Part shown: piece after piece, positions 12,460-24,251 of the stretch
Position numbering within the stretch: position 1 is the stretch's first letter
Layout: every line of letters starts with the position of its first letter
DNA from: Geosiphon pyriformis uo1
Taxonomy: Eukaryota; Fungi; Glomeromycota
NCBI GenBank assembly: GCA_016748015.1
Contig: JAAOMT010000741.1
Span: 641,679 to 705,678 of the forward strand
DNA: 64,000 bases
Direction: 5' to 3'
Notes under the pieces: model-generated
Told to the model about the DNA's origin: nothing
The model's input: the letters and a program-made list of their open reading frames with translations, nothing else
The model's database searches: none
Translations under genes and position numbers: made by a program

Positions 12460-15400
12460 TAATTTTTTTTTTTTTATATCTTAAATTTCTAAAAAAATAC
12501 ATTGTTTTTGAAAAAAGTTTTTCTGTTTAACTATAAAACTGCCAATATTAATAGTGGTTTAAATATAAAAAAATTCAAAAAAAAGTCTGATACTAGTTTT
12601 ATAATTTTAAAGTTATTTGTTAAAAAAAAGTATAAAAAGAGTATTTTAAAAAAACTTTTTGTTAAAATCAATGCTGATGTTTTTTAAGAGTCATTTAAGA
12701 CTAGTAAAGTAAGTAGTTTAGTTGTTAGTAATATTATTAATACAGAAAGTATAAATATAAAAAAGAGTTTTTGTTAAAAAAAACAGCTTTTAACTTGATA
12801 ATAATAATAAATTAAAACACAAAAATATTGACATAATCTATAAAAAACCAAGTATAACTATTATTAAGCATGTTTTTAGAAAGTTTTTTGGATAGATTAA
12901 TTTTAATATTAACAATAATAATAAGAATAATGTTTTAAATGGCTTTTTTATTTTTTATTTTTTTTAAGTCTTTGATTAATATTCTGATCTATAAATTATT
13001 TGTTTTAAATATTAATCTTTTGGCTGTTTTTGGAAATTGGCTTAGAATAAATTAAAAATTGTTAAAAATATGTTTTTTAATATAAATAATTTTAGGAAAG
13101 TCTTTATTTTCTCAAAATTTTACAGAATTATTTAGGCATTTTTTATTTTTAAAAAGACAATATAATAATAAATAATTTGGTAAATTTAAAAAATATTATA
13201 ATTAACATCTATCTTAAGGGTTTAGTAAATAATTAAACAAATAGAGCAATTATTATAATAAAAATTTTTATAAAAACATCTGTAAAAATTGTGTATATTG
13301 TACTTATTAACTTTAATATTATTAAGTTAATTAAAATACAATTAATAAAAATATAATAAAAAGTAATTATAAAACAAAAAAATTAAAATCAAACCAATTT
13401 TTTAATATTTAAGTATTTTATTCTTATTAGAAAAAATGTAATCTATATAATTAAAACTGATATTAATAAATAATTATAGAATTTTAGAAATAAATTTAGA
13501 GTTTTTCTCTATATAGTTCTTGTGAAAACAAATATTTATAATTTTTAGAATTTTATTAGTTTAATTAAAAGGAAGACTTGTATAATTAATTATAATTTAT
13601 TAGTTATAATTGTATTAAATATAAAATTATGTATTTTAATTTAGAAAAAAACTTGATTAAAATAATTGCTATAATTCTTATTATAAAAAGTATTGTATTT
13701 TATTGGTTTTACCTGTTTTTGGCTCTTTGTTTAATTTGTAATAAGTTTGACTATATCTTTTTTGAATGTAATTTAGTTAATAGTAAACTAATATTTAAAA
13801 AAAAAACTTTTTTTTTAGTTTTAGACTAATTTAGATTGGTTTGAATCTATAAAAAAAAGTTTGTTTCTATTGTCTATCTAATAGCTTTTAAAAATAAATT
13901 TTGAGTATTTATTGTTAACAAATTTTTTTTTCAAATACTTTTTAATGCTTTTTTTTAGTCTAATTTTTTAGTCTAGCTTTAGATGTTAGCTATTAATGAT
14001 CTTTTTATTATAAATTTAAGTAAATAATATAATAATAATAATAAATTTAAATATATTAATTAATAATAAAATTATTATAAAGTTGAGTTTTTTAACACTT
14101 TCAGATATAATTAAATTAGAAACTTAATTAAAAAGTTTGTTTAACTTGGTTATAAATTTGTTAGCAAAATTTAATAGTCTGACTTTAACTCAAAATATGT
14201 CTTTTTTTTAAATATTTTAATAACTAGTTTTGTTTAAAAAATTGCTATATATAATATAAAAAAAATAAATAATCCTATTAAGCAAAAAGATATTATTTAT
14301 TAACAGAAAAAAATAAATAATTTAATTTCTATTGTTAATAAAATTAAATTAAAAAATGAAGTACATTTATAAATAACTAACAAATTTGAAAATGTTTGAA
14401 TTTTGGAACTGTATACTAGTACTGTTTTAGTAATACACTTGGCTTAAACTAAAAAATTACTTTTTTAATTATAAAAGCTATAAATAAGTTTTTTTTTGTA
14501 GTTTTAAGTAATAATTTCAATAAAAATGGTTTTTATAAATGCATTAGTTTTAAAAAGTGCCTTAATATAAGACTGATTAATTTTTGAATAAAAAGTTTAA
14601 TTGTTTAAGTTTTAACATAAAAAAATTCCAAAAATGCTAAAAAAATAATTAATTATGTGTTTATTTCTTTAAATTTTGTTAATATAGTGATTAATTGTAA
14701 AGTTTTAAATATTAGTAAATACTTTGATATTGATTATTAAGCTGTTTTTGTAAATTTGAATAATTTGTTAAATATGTAATTGAATTTTCTTTACAAACAG
14801 GTCAATAAAAATTGTTGGAAGTTTAATTTTAAATATGCTAATAATGCCAAATAAAACCAATTCAAAAATGTTATACTTGTTAATATTATAATATATTCTA
14901 AAAAATTTATTGCTTTTAAAAGATTTTTGAATTTAGACATAATATGAAATATTATTTAAAAAGTAGTGTGTTTCTTAACTAATAAAATATTTAAAAAAAA
15001 GTGGTTTAAAGAATTTAATAATGGTTTTATCAAAAACTTTTTAAAGTTCTATAAATTAGAATTTTTGGTGTTTAAAATTGTCAAGTTTTTATGCATAAAA
15101 CCCAATAATAAGTTAATTTTTTTAATAAACTATTAAATATTTTTAAATTGTAATAAAACTTCAAATGTTTAAGTTTTACTGAATTTTAATGCTGGTTTTA
15201 ATAGTATAAAATCTGTTTTATTTAATATAAAGAAATTTTATTATGTTTTTAAGTTTGTTAAATTACTAAAAATTAAGAAATTTAATATTAAATTTTTTAT
15301 TACCAAACAAATAAAAAGTTTTGCTGTTAATAAAAATTATATGATCAGAAATATTTTGAAATGTCTATTTTGAAAAGTAGTTTTAGATTATTTGGTTGTT

Positions 15401-16607
15401 AATAATAAATTTATTTTGAATTCTGGTAAAATTAAGTCTAAGATTAATATAATTATAGAGAGTTAGACAATATTTTTGAATTATAAAAATATTAATATCT
15501 GTTTCTGATTTATGTTAATAATAATGTTTTTTCTAGTATTATAAATATTATTGTATATAATAAAATATTATGTATAATTAAAAATTTGTCTAACAAAAAA
15601 ACTATTAACTTGTTTAATATTATTAATAAATTGTAAAAGTATTGTGATAATTTTGTTCTAAAAATGTTCTTAAATCTGTTAAATTTTTGTTTAATATATG
15701 AATCTGTTTTTTAATCTTAAAAAAAACTTAAATATTTATAATTCTCAAGTTATATAAATAAAAAAAGATTTTAACCAATATTAAACTTATTGTTTTAATC
15801 AAAACTGCCCAAAAAATTTTTTTAAACAGAATTTTTTTAGTTTGTAATAAATTTAATATTCTTTGTAATAACAATTTTTTTGTTTTAAAAGACATTACTA
15901 TTTAGTTCCTAATTTTTGTAATAAGTTCAATAATAAAAAATACTTTAAAAAAAATTATGAATTATAATTAGTTTTATAAAATATGTAAAAAACATATAAT
16001 TCTGTTAGCTAATATTATTTAAAAAATAATTTAGTCTATATAAAAATGTGCAAGTGATTTATAAAATTTTTAGTAATATTTATAATAATAGAATTAATTA
16101 AATTATAATAGATTATAAATTGACTAATAAATATTAAGTACATAATAATATAAATTAAGATGATATTTTTTTTTATTGTTTTAAAAAAAATTTTATGATT
16201 TTTTGTTGTATAAAATAAAAAATTATAAAAGTTTATATGATTATAATATTAATACTAAATTTGTTATCTAAATTAACTGAATCAAATTAACTTTTTATTT
16301 AACAACTAGTGATTTTGTTAATTATATTATTTAAGTAGAAAATAATTAAGCTATTATTTAATATATACTAAATATTATAAACAAGTTTTTTAAAATTAAT
16401 AATATTTTAATTAACAATAAAAAAACAATAGCTATTTTTATTAATTAAAAAATTAGGAAAGTTTTATGATTAATAAGTGGTCTGCCAATTTTTATAGTTT
16501 TAAAAGAAAAATTTTATAGATATTTAAATATTTTTTTATTATTAAAGATTTGTTTAAACTTAGTTTGGCAAAAGCCTATTTGAATATAAAGTTTTTTATT
16601 AATATAG
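12460..16607 (+). mobile_element. Highly degenerate LINE copy C, 5' part (5'UTR, ORF1, EN, RT); interrupted by gypsy insertion
   Basis: 5' end matches the copy A 5'UTR (tttttgaaaaaagtttt). ORF1/ORF2 junction at ~14218. RT remnant (aataatattttaattaacaataaaaaaacaatagct) near 16400. Confidence 0.8.
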
Positions 16608-17273
16608 TGTTATGGGTTGGAGTAACAAGCTAACAGATAACAAGGAAGAACAGGATTGTAGGGTGATAGAAATAATCAAAGAGATTTCAACTTTAAAGAG
16701 CGAATTGAATAAGTATGGATTCAATGTATGAAATCAGTCTTATAAAATATCTCAATCACTGTACTTTTCTAAAGATAACCAGGAATCTGAAAGTAAAAAA
16801 ATAGTCTGTACTGTCAACAAATGATCACACCTGGTATAATTCTATGTCTCATATCAGTGCTTTTAGAATTCAATAGCAGATATCAGATGTACTTTTCAGT
16901 CACATTTTATTCAATAATCTTCAAATGTTGCAATTATATGTTTTAGAAAAAGGGTAGGTAAAGACCAACAAGTAATCTTTTATCCCAAGATATTCAGATA
17001 CTTGAAGGTAGAGAAAGAGAATTTAATAATAAGAGAATAATTGAAATGAAAGTTGTTATTTTATTTATTTTATTTCCTTGATTTTTATATGCTTTTCTAC
17101 AGCTAAAAGATTCATTACTTATATAGTTATCAAAAGTAGTCAATAATTAGGTTAATGGTCAGGTCATTGATCAGGTCAGTGATTACTTTCTAAAAATAGA
17201 GTGGCTAATTTATATGACATTAGTGGCTAATACATGTGATAATTAATAAAAAGTATAAGTTTCAACCATAACA
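16608..17273 (-). repeat. 3' LTR (666 bp)
   Basis: TGTTATGGGTTG...CAACCATAACA terminal inverted ends; about 89% identical to 23582-24251 by hand alignment. Confidence 0.95.
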
Positions 17274-17899
17274 TTATTCTCTCCAAAGTGATTAAGCTCC
17301 AGCGAAATCAAGCTATTCATAGAGTAATCTATTTGAAGAGTTTTATCTAATTCAAAACTAACTAATTTGTTGAAGTTTTTTGTGAATAAAGTGTATAGAA
17401 CTTGAGATAAAATGAGCTTTGTATCTAAGAGACCAAATCTTTGTATAAGAATTTTGGCTCTTCTTGCAATGGTTAAAACTTTTAGGACATTTAATCATAT
17501 AATGCCCAAAATTTCCACTTGTATCTTAGAAGTTGTTTTCTTTATGAGCTTTATGTCTTCTATAATTTTACTAAGATGACTATAGAGTTCTAGTTGTCTT
17601 CCATATGACAAATTTTTGTTTATGGGCAAGATTTCCTTAATCATTTTTCCAATTGTGCTGAAAGATGGGAGTATAGATGCTGTTATACTTTTCAACAAAT
17701 ATTTATCCATTTTACTACCAATTTTTTCTCTTCTGGTAGTAGTTTTTTTTGGTTTAATAACAGTATGTGTTCTACTGTTATCAGTTATGGTGATTTGTTT
17801 TCCAATGATCAAAGTAGCATTTGGATAGTTTTTGATCCAATACTCATGGAGAGTATAGAAGACATTTTGAATGTTTTGATCCAGAAAATAATTGTTCAT
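17243..17899 (-). pseudogene. Extra gypsy ORF (ORF3, ~218 codons) downstream of pol, ending inside the 3' LTR; unknown function
   Basis: ATG at 17899 (MNNYFLDQNIQNVF...). One internal TGA at 17495-17497 (likely CGA>TGA). The frame stays open through the PPT to TAA at 17243-17245. Confidence 0.65.
17274..17284 (-). promoter_or_regulatory. Polypurine tract
   Basis: Minus strand GGAGAGAATAA directly abutting the 3' LTR. Confidence 0.75.
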
Positions 17900-17939
17900 A
17901 TTGATTGAAGATACCTCTGTTTTGGGAATGGTGCATTTA

Positions 17940-20900
17940 TTTATATTTGATTTTTGCTGATCAATTGAGTCAGTATTACCACAACAGGCAGCCAATTAGG
18001 TCGTTTATAATATTTCTTGAGTTATGTACCATGAACAGGATGATTATTAAAAATTGTTCTGGATTGATTTTGAAGAATATAAGAATTATTGTTCAAAACT
18101 TTATTGACTATAAAAGGTCTTTTCCATTGGCTAAAGAATTTATCACCATAAACATTGTCTCTGTCAAAATAGTATTTTAGTACCAAGTTACCAACACTTA
18201 AAGAAAGTGTTTTATAGGTTTTTTTTTCTTAAGCTTTTTTTGAAACTGTTTTATCTTTTCAAAAGCAATTATTTGTGCTTCTATCAAGGAGTCAAAAATG
18301 ATACCAAGTCTTTTTTGCAAAATGTCTTTGTAATTTTCTATTGTGATCTCTTCAAAAGATATTGTTTTAATGTTAGTTTCTATTGGTAGTGTTGTCATGT
18401 GTTTATAGAGCAGATAAAAAGGTTCATAACTTGTTATATCATGATTCACAGTTCTATAAGCAAACAAGACTGAAGGCAGTACTTTGTCCCATAAGTTTGT
18501 TTCTTTACTGGTTTTGGCTAGAGTTTCACATAGTGTTCTATTAAAACGTTCCACTAAGCCATTTATTTAGGGATGATAAGAGAAGGAAAGTTTATAACAT
18601 ATTCCCATTTTTTTACAAAGTTTTTCAACCAGTGTATTAAAAAAAGCTCTTCCTCTATCAGATAAAAGTTCTTTGGAACAGCCATAACAGCAGATGATAT
18701 TTTCATAAATGAAATTGGCTATTGAGACTGCTGTTTGGTCTGAGGTGGCTTTTGCTTCTACCCACTTTGTAAAATAGTCAGTAGCTGTAATAATATATCT
18801 GTTGCCATCAGAAATTATTGTTAAAAGTCCAACAACATCTATACCAATTTTGTCAAATGGTTGACCAACAGAGATTGGATGAATATTTTCTTTGCGATTG
18901 GGTTTGCCTTTTTTTTGGCAGATGTTACAATTTTTGATGTATTTAACAATGTCTTTTCCCAAGGTAGACCAATAATAGCAAGCTAAAGTTTTCTGAATTG
19001 TTTTTGTTTTTCCAAAGTGTCCAGCTAATGGGTCAGTGTACATGTTGTATATTACAATTTCTTTTTCTTCAAATCTAATGACTCTTTGGAGACAGTTAAG
19101 ATCTTTTCTGTTTCTTTTATATAATTGGTTTTGGCAGATCAAATAGAAATTTGATTGTTTGCACAAATGTTTTCTTTGCTGTTGAGTGTATTCTGATGGG
19201 TATTGTTCTTTACCCAAAAATTCCATTAAGGCAGAATAGTTGTCCAAATCCATTATTGTGTTTGTTTGTGAAAAAGTTACTAATAATTAAGTTGGTTTGG
19301 TTTAAGAAGTTGTACTATTATTGGATGGTAAATCTAGAGAGAGCATCAGCATTTTGATAATTTGCTCCTTTGTGGTGTTGAATATTATAGTCAAATTCAT
19401 TCAAGTGGAGTATCCAACGAGTTATTTATTTGTGTTCCAGCTTCTTTTTATTGCACAGTTAAACCAAGGCTTGATGATCTGTTACCACTAAAAATTTTGC
19501 ACCAAAAAAATATTGATCCCAGTAATTAATAGCCCAAACTACTGCTAAACATTCTTGTTCAGTAACTGAATAGTTCTTTTCTGTTGGTGTGAAGGATCTA
19601 CTGGCATATGCTATGGCATGTTCTCTGCTATTTTCATTTTTCTGTAAAAGAACAGCATCAAGTCCATAGCCAGATGTATCAGTGTAGAGGATAAAAGGTT
19701 GATCCAGATCTGGTTGCTTGAGAATTGGTTCAGTAACAAGTTTTTCCTTCAGAATTTCAAAAGCTTTTTGTTGATAAGTGCCCCAGTGATAATTGACATT
19801 TTTCTTGAGTAGCTGATTAAGAGGAAAGACGATTTTGGAAAAATTCTTAATAAATTTGCAATAGTAAGAGACCTAACCAAAAAAAGAGCATAGTTCAGAA
19901 ACATTTATTGGTTGTCTAATGTTCTGAACTTTTTCAACTTTAGCTAGATCAGGGAAAATTTTATCTTTTGTAATAAGATGACCAAGAAACTGGGTAGATT
20001 AGCATCCAAAGAAAAATTTGATTGGGTTGATCTTAAGGCCAACATTTCTGAGTAGATCAAAAATCTTCTGTAAATGTTTAAGATATTCATCTCAGGTTTT
20101 TAAATATACTATTATGTTGTCCAAATAAACCAGAACAAAGTTTTTTTTTACTGATTCAAACACTTTATTCATTAGGTATTGAAAGGTGGAAGGAGCATTG
20201 GTAAGACCAAAAGACATGACTGTGAATTCATAGGTACTATATTTAGTGATAAAAACAGTTTTCTTTCTGCTTTCTGGATCCATTTCTACTTGCCAAAATT
20301 CAGCAGTTAAGTCAATGGTTGAGAAAAAAGCAGCATCATTGAATTTATCTAGCATTGCATCAATTTTGAAGAGTGGGTACATGTCTCTTATAGTGATAGT
20401 ATTTAGTTGGTGATAGTCAACACAGAAGTATAGGGTTCTACTTTTCTTGGATACCACTACAACTGGGAAAGCCCATTCACTCTTGGTTTCTTGTATAAAT
20501 CCAAGATCTTTCATACTGTTTATTTCTTTCTTGATAAACTCATTATTGCATTAATTGGATTGATAAGGCTTTAAATAGATAAGATGAGTTTTTTTTGTGG
20601 TGATAGTGTATTGTATCACATGAGTTTGTTCAAAGGTGTTATTTTTTTTTGAAATAACTGAGGCATTTCTAGCCAACAGATTTTCAATGTCCACTTTTCT
20701 TTCTTCAGAGGAAAGTTCTTTTGTTCTACAACTAAGGATTGAATTTCAGGTGGTTCACTCTCAAAAGACTTCTGTACTTCTTTTAGTTCTTCTTTGGGTA
20801 TCAAACTAATTGGCTCCCAATCTTTGTAATAGATTAGGCAAGACTTGTATTTATCACTAGGAGAATACAAAAGTTTATCACACCAGTACCTGACACAAGG

Positions 20901-22000
20901 ATTATACCACCAATAGCTGTATTTGGCTTTCTTGCCAGGTTTTCTATCAAAGATTCTTCTGAGAATGTTATAGTAGAGCCAGCAGATTAGCTTGCCATTT
21001 ACCATAATTTCTTCTTTGTCAGTTTTAATATTGTCTAGTGGCTTGCCATTGCTGGTAAAGATGGTATAAGCAAGTTTAACAGTTTTTTCTTGATTTTTTT
21101 TATCATTGCTCTCATCATCATCTGATTCATTTGATTGTTTTTCTTCTTGGTTCTGTTTGGTTACTGGAGGAGTTGTCCAATGATGGCATTTAACCACAAT
21201 AGGTTTTTCACCACATCTGATGGTTAGCTCACAAAGTTCATAGTCAAGTAGTGCTTTGGCTTTCTTAAGCCATTCATTACCAATAATGATAATATACTCT
21301 TTTGCTTTAGATACCTCCATATCTGTTTCAATACTAATATTATTGATGCAAACAGGAACAGCTTTGGTTATACCCAGACTTTTCTTTTTGTTACCATGTA
21401 CATTGGTTATAGGCCAGGTAAAAAGTTCATTAATCTTTTTTCCAATGGCTTTCAGAAAGTGTTTGGCAATTACACTAACAGATGATCCACTATTTAGAAT
21501 CAAATCAATAAAGTAGCCAGTCATTTGGGCTTTGCAAATCAGAAAAGTAATATTGTTGTTGTTAGCAAGTCCAGCTTGACAAAAATGCTTATTGGTTTTT
21601 GGTGTTTTTTTTTTTGGTATCAATAATTTGCAAAAATTTTTTCTGAACTGTGAATGGGTCATTAGTTGGCCAAATATAATGTGTGCTGAAGTTTTTATGA
21701 GATCTTTAACAACAGAATAGGGGCCAGATTTTTGTACTATTTCTGGAGGTTCTAACTTTGGAGAATTCTTAAAAACTTTAGCCTTTGGTGGCTCATTGTT
21801 GTTAGCAGTAAAAGTTGAGACTTTGTTGGGATCTAGAACAAAATCAATCTTGGCTTTTTTCTTCTTTCTTGTTAAGTCAGAGGTATTGATTGCCAGTTCA
21901 TCCATATCATGGTCATCATTAGTTAGGTTAAAGGCATAAAAAAGGTTTTTTTTGGTTGGCTTGCACTCTCACCCTTTGAAAGTGTGTCTACCAGTTTAAA
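17940..22000 (-). pseudogene. Gypsy pol: aspartic protease, RT, RNase H, integrase (HHCC, core, GPY/F module); inactivated
   Basis: PR LILNSGSSVS (from DSG); RT FCVDY, FGLTNAPSTFQ, YLDN (from YLDD); RH YTDTSGYGLDAVL; IN GHFG...CNIC, DYFTKW, SDRG, ERFNRTL; WKRPF module. Confidence 0.92.
21938..22000 (-). promoter_or_regulatory. Putative -1 ribosomal frameshift signal (T TTA AAC slippery heptamer plus downstream stem/pseudoknot)
   Basis: Heptamer at 22000-21994 is in the gag frame, two codons before the gag stop. Stem CACTTTC/GAGAGTG has loop AAAGGGT, complementary to the downstream ACCTTTT. Confidence 0.7.
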
Positions 22001-23529
22001 GACTAATAAACAGTGGTTTCAATTAGGGGATCCTCTCCAAAGAAATTAATGTTGGCATGATTAGGTCTTTGATTAGAAATATTATTATTGTTGGGTCTGT
22101 TATTCTAGATGTCATTATTTCTAGGAACTGAAAGAGGCAATGGAGAATTGTTGCAGTCTCTGGAAAAATGTCCAGTTAGTCCACAGCAATAGCACACAAA
22201 TGAGCCACAATTTTGTTGTCTTTGATATGGTAGTTGTTGAGATTGATTGAAGTGGGATTCAAATTTGGGTCTTTGGGGTTGCTGGTTGTCTTTAACTGCT
22301 TGGGTTAATGGTTCTAATAGCCGAGCAAGATTAACAATAAGTCTGTCTATTAATTGTTCATTGGAGTCTTGAGTATGAGTGGCAAAAAAGATAGCAGCCA
22401 TTTGTAGAGCTGGAACTATGGCAGGAGCAGAAGCAAAAACTGAAAGAGTAAATCCTAGATGCATTTTTTGGTTGTCTTTTATTTTCTGGGCAAGTTCAAT
22501 AGCCATATTTATTGTGGGATTATCTTTCAGGGCCAAAAGAGGCCAAAGAGCATATGAGAGATCAGTTCTTAATTCTTTTGTGAAAAAATGAATCTTTTGC
22601 TCTTCTGTCTAATTTCTACTAGAGTCTATATGCTTAATTAGTTTTCTAATGGCTTTAGCATATTCAGTTACTATTTTTTCTGGGCCTTGGGTTCTTTTTT
22701 CCAACTCCATGCATCATTTGGATATCAAGATAAAAGTTCTAAATTTTGTTTCAAACTAAGTAGTGAAAGAGGTATTATTTGCTGGTGTCCATCTAATAAT
22801 TTTTTGCTGAGCATTAACATTGGTTTCTTGTGAGAACCAAATAGCAGGAGAGCCTTGGAGATAGCCACCAATAATTTGGAACTTGTATTCATTATCATAT
22901 TGGTTTGTTGTGGCAGCTCTCTTAAAATTGTCTAGCCATTCAATTGAATCTTGGGCATCACCTTTAAATAATGGTATTGGGATGTTGTTTCTTTACCTTA
23001 AAGCAGTCTGTATACCTTGGAGGGCAATCAGAATGTTTTATTGTAGAGGGTCTTGAGCCATTGGTTTAGGTGTAACTGTTTGTGTGAAGTGTTCTAATTT
23101 ATTTGAAAAGAGATCAAAAATGAGAGCAGTTTGATAGCTTTTTTCTTCTGTTTCAAGAAGAGTTTCAGTTGATTGATGGACAGCAATTCAAATGTGGATT
23201 TGATGATTCAAATATTCGAAATTAGGAGGCTGTTGTTCAAAGGTTGTAGAATATAAGAGCTAATTGATACTGTTGTTTCTTTCTTCAAAGTTGTTTTTAA
23301 AATAAGCTTGGTCAAAGTAATAGGTTGTATAAGCTATATAGATTTCAGCTGAATGTTCATTTAGGAACCAGTTTCAAAAGTCTTGAAATTGTCTGCTGGA
23401 TTGTTTTTCAATAGAGAAGCAAATCAAGCAGAAGTGCAAAAGATTGAGTTCAATAAAGTTTAGATCATTTTTGTTGTGTGCTTTAAAGTGTTCTTCTAAT
23501 TGTTGTGGCAGGTATGAATAATCACCCAT
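21988..23529 (-). pseudogene. Gypsy gag (N-terminal extension, capsid, CCHC knuckle); inactivated by in-frame stops
   Basis: Single frame from ATG 23529 through MAQDP (23061) and the knuckle CYCCGLTGHFSRDC to TAG at 21990-21988. Confidence 0.85.
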
Positions 23530-23558
23530 ACAATAAAAAACAAAGTGGAATTTGACAA

Positions 23559-23575
23559 CCTTACAGGGAGCACCA
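23559..23575 (-). promoter_or_regulatory. Primer binding site
   Basis: Minus strand TGGTGCTCCCTGTAAGG, 6 nt inside the 5' LTR boundary. Complementary to a tRNA 3' end ...GGAGCACCA (elongator Met or Ile type; not resolved). Confidence 0.75.
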
Positions 23576-23581
23576 CTTTTA

Positions 23582-24251
23582 TGTTACAGATTGGAGTAAC
23601 AAACTAATGGATAACAAGAAAGAACAGGATTGTAGAGTAATAAAAATAATCAAAGAGATTTCAACTTCAAAAAGCGAATTGAATAAGTATGGATTCAATG
23701 TGCAAGATCAATCTCATAAAATATCTCAGTTGCTGTACTTTTCTAAAAATAACCAAAAATTTGAAGGTAGAGAGATAGTTTGTATTGTCAACAAATAATC
23801 ACATCTGGTATAATTCTATGTCTCATGTCAGCACTTTTAGAATTCAATAGCAGATATTAGATGTACTTTTCAGTCACATTTTATTCAATAATCTTCAAAT
23901 ACTGCAATTATATATTTTAGGAAAAAGGTAGGTAAAGGCCAATAAGTAATCTTTTATCCCAAGATGTTCAGATACTTGAAGGTAGAAAAAGGGAATTTAG
24001 CAATAAGAGAATAATTGAGATGAAAGTTGTTATTTTATTTATTTTATTTCCTTAATTTTTACATGCTTTTCTATAGCTAAGAGATTCATTACTTATTAAA
24101 AGTGGTCAATGATTAGGTCAATAATCAAATCAATAATTAGGTCATTAATCAGCTCAGTAATCACTTTTTAAAAATAGAGTGACTAATTTATATGACATTA
24201 GTGACTAATACATGTAATAATTAATAAGAAGTATAAGTTTCAACTGTAACA
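23582..24251 (-). repeat. 5' LTR (670 bp)
   Basis: TGTTACAGATTG...CAACTGTAACA; direct repeat of 16608-17273. Confidence 0.95.

Larger units (their letters stand above)
16608..24251 (-). mobile_element. Full-length Ty3/gypsy LTR retrotransposon, inactivated
   Basis: Two TG...CA LTRs, TSD ATAG (16604-16607 and 24252-24255), PBS and PPT. Domain order gag-PR-RT-RH-IN on the minus strand. Confidence 0.96.

Noticed and set aside
21973-22011. 38-nt GT...AG segment that could be an intron fusing gag and pol
   Set aside because: Shorter than the introns in this window and lacks a typical donor. The in-frame slippery site plus pseudoknot explains the junction better.
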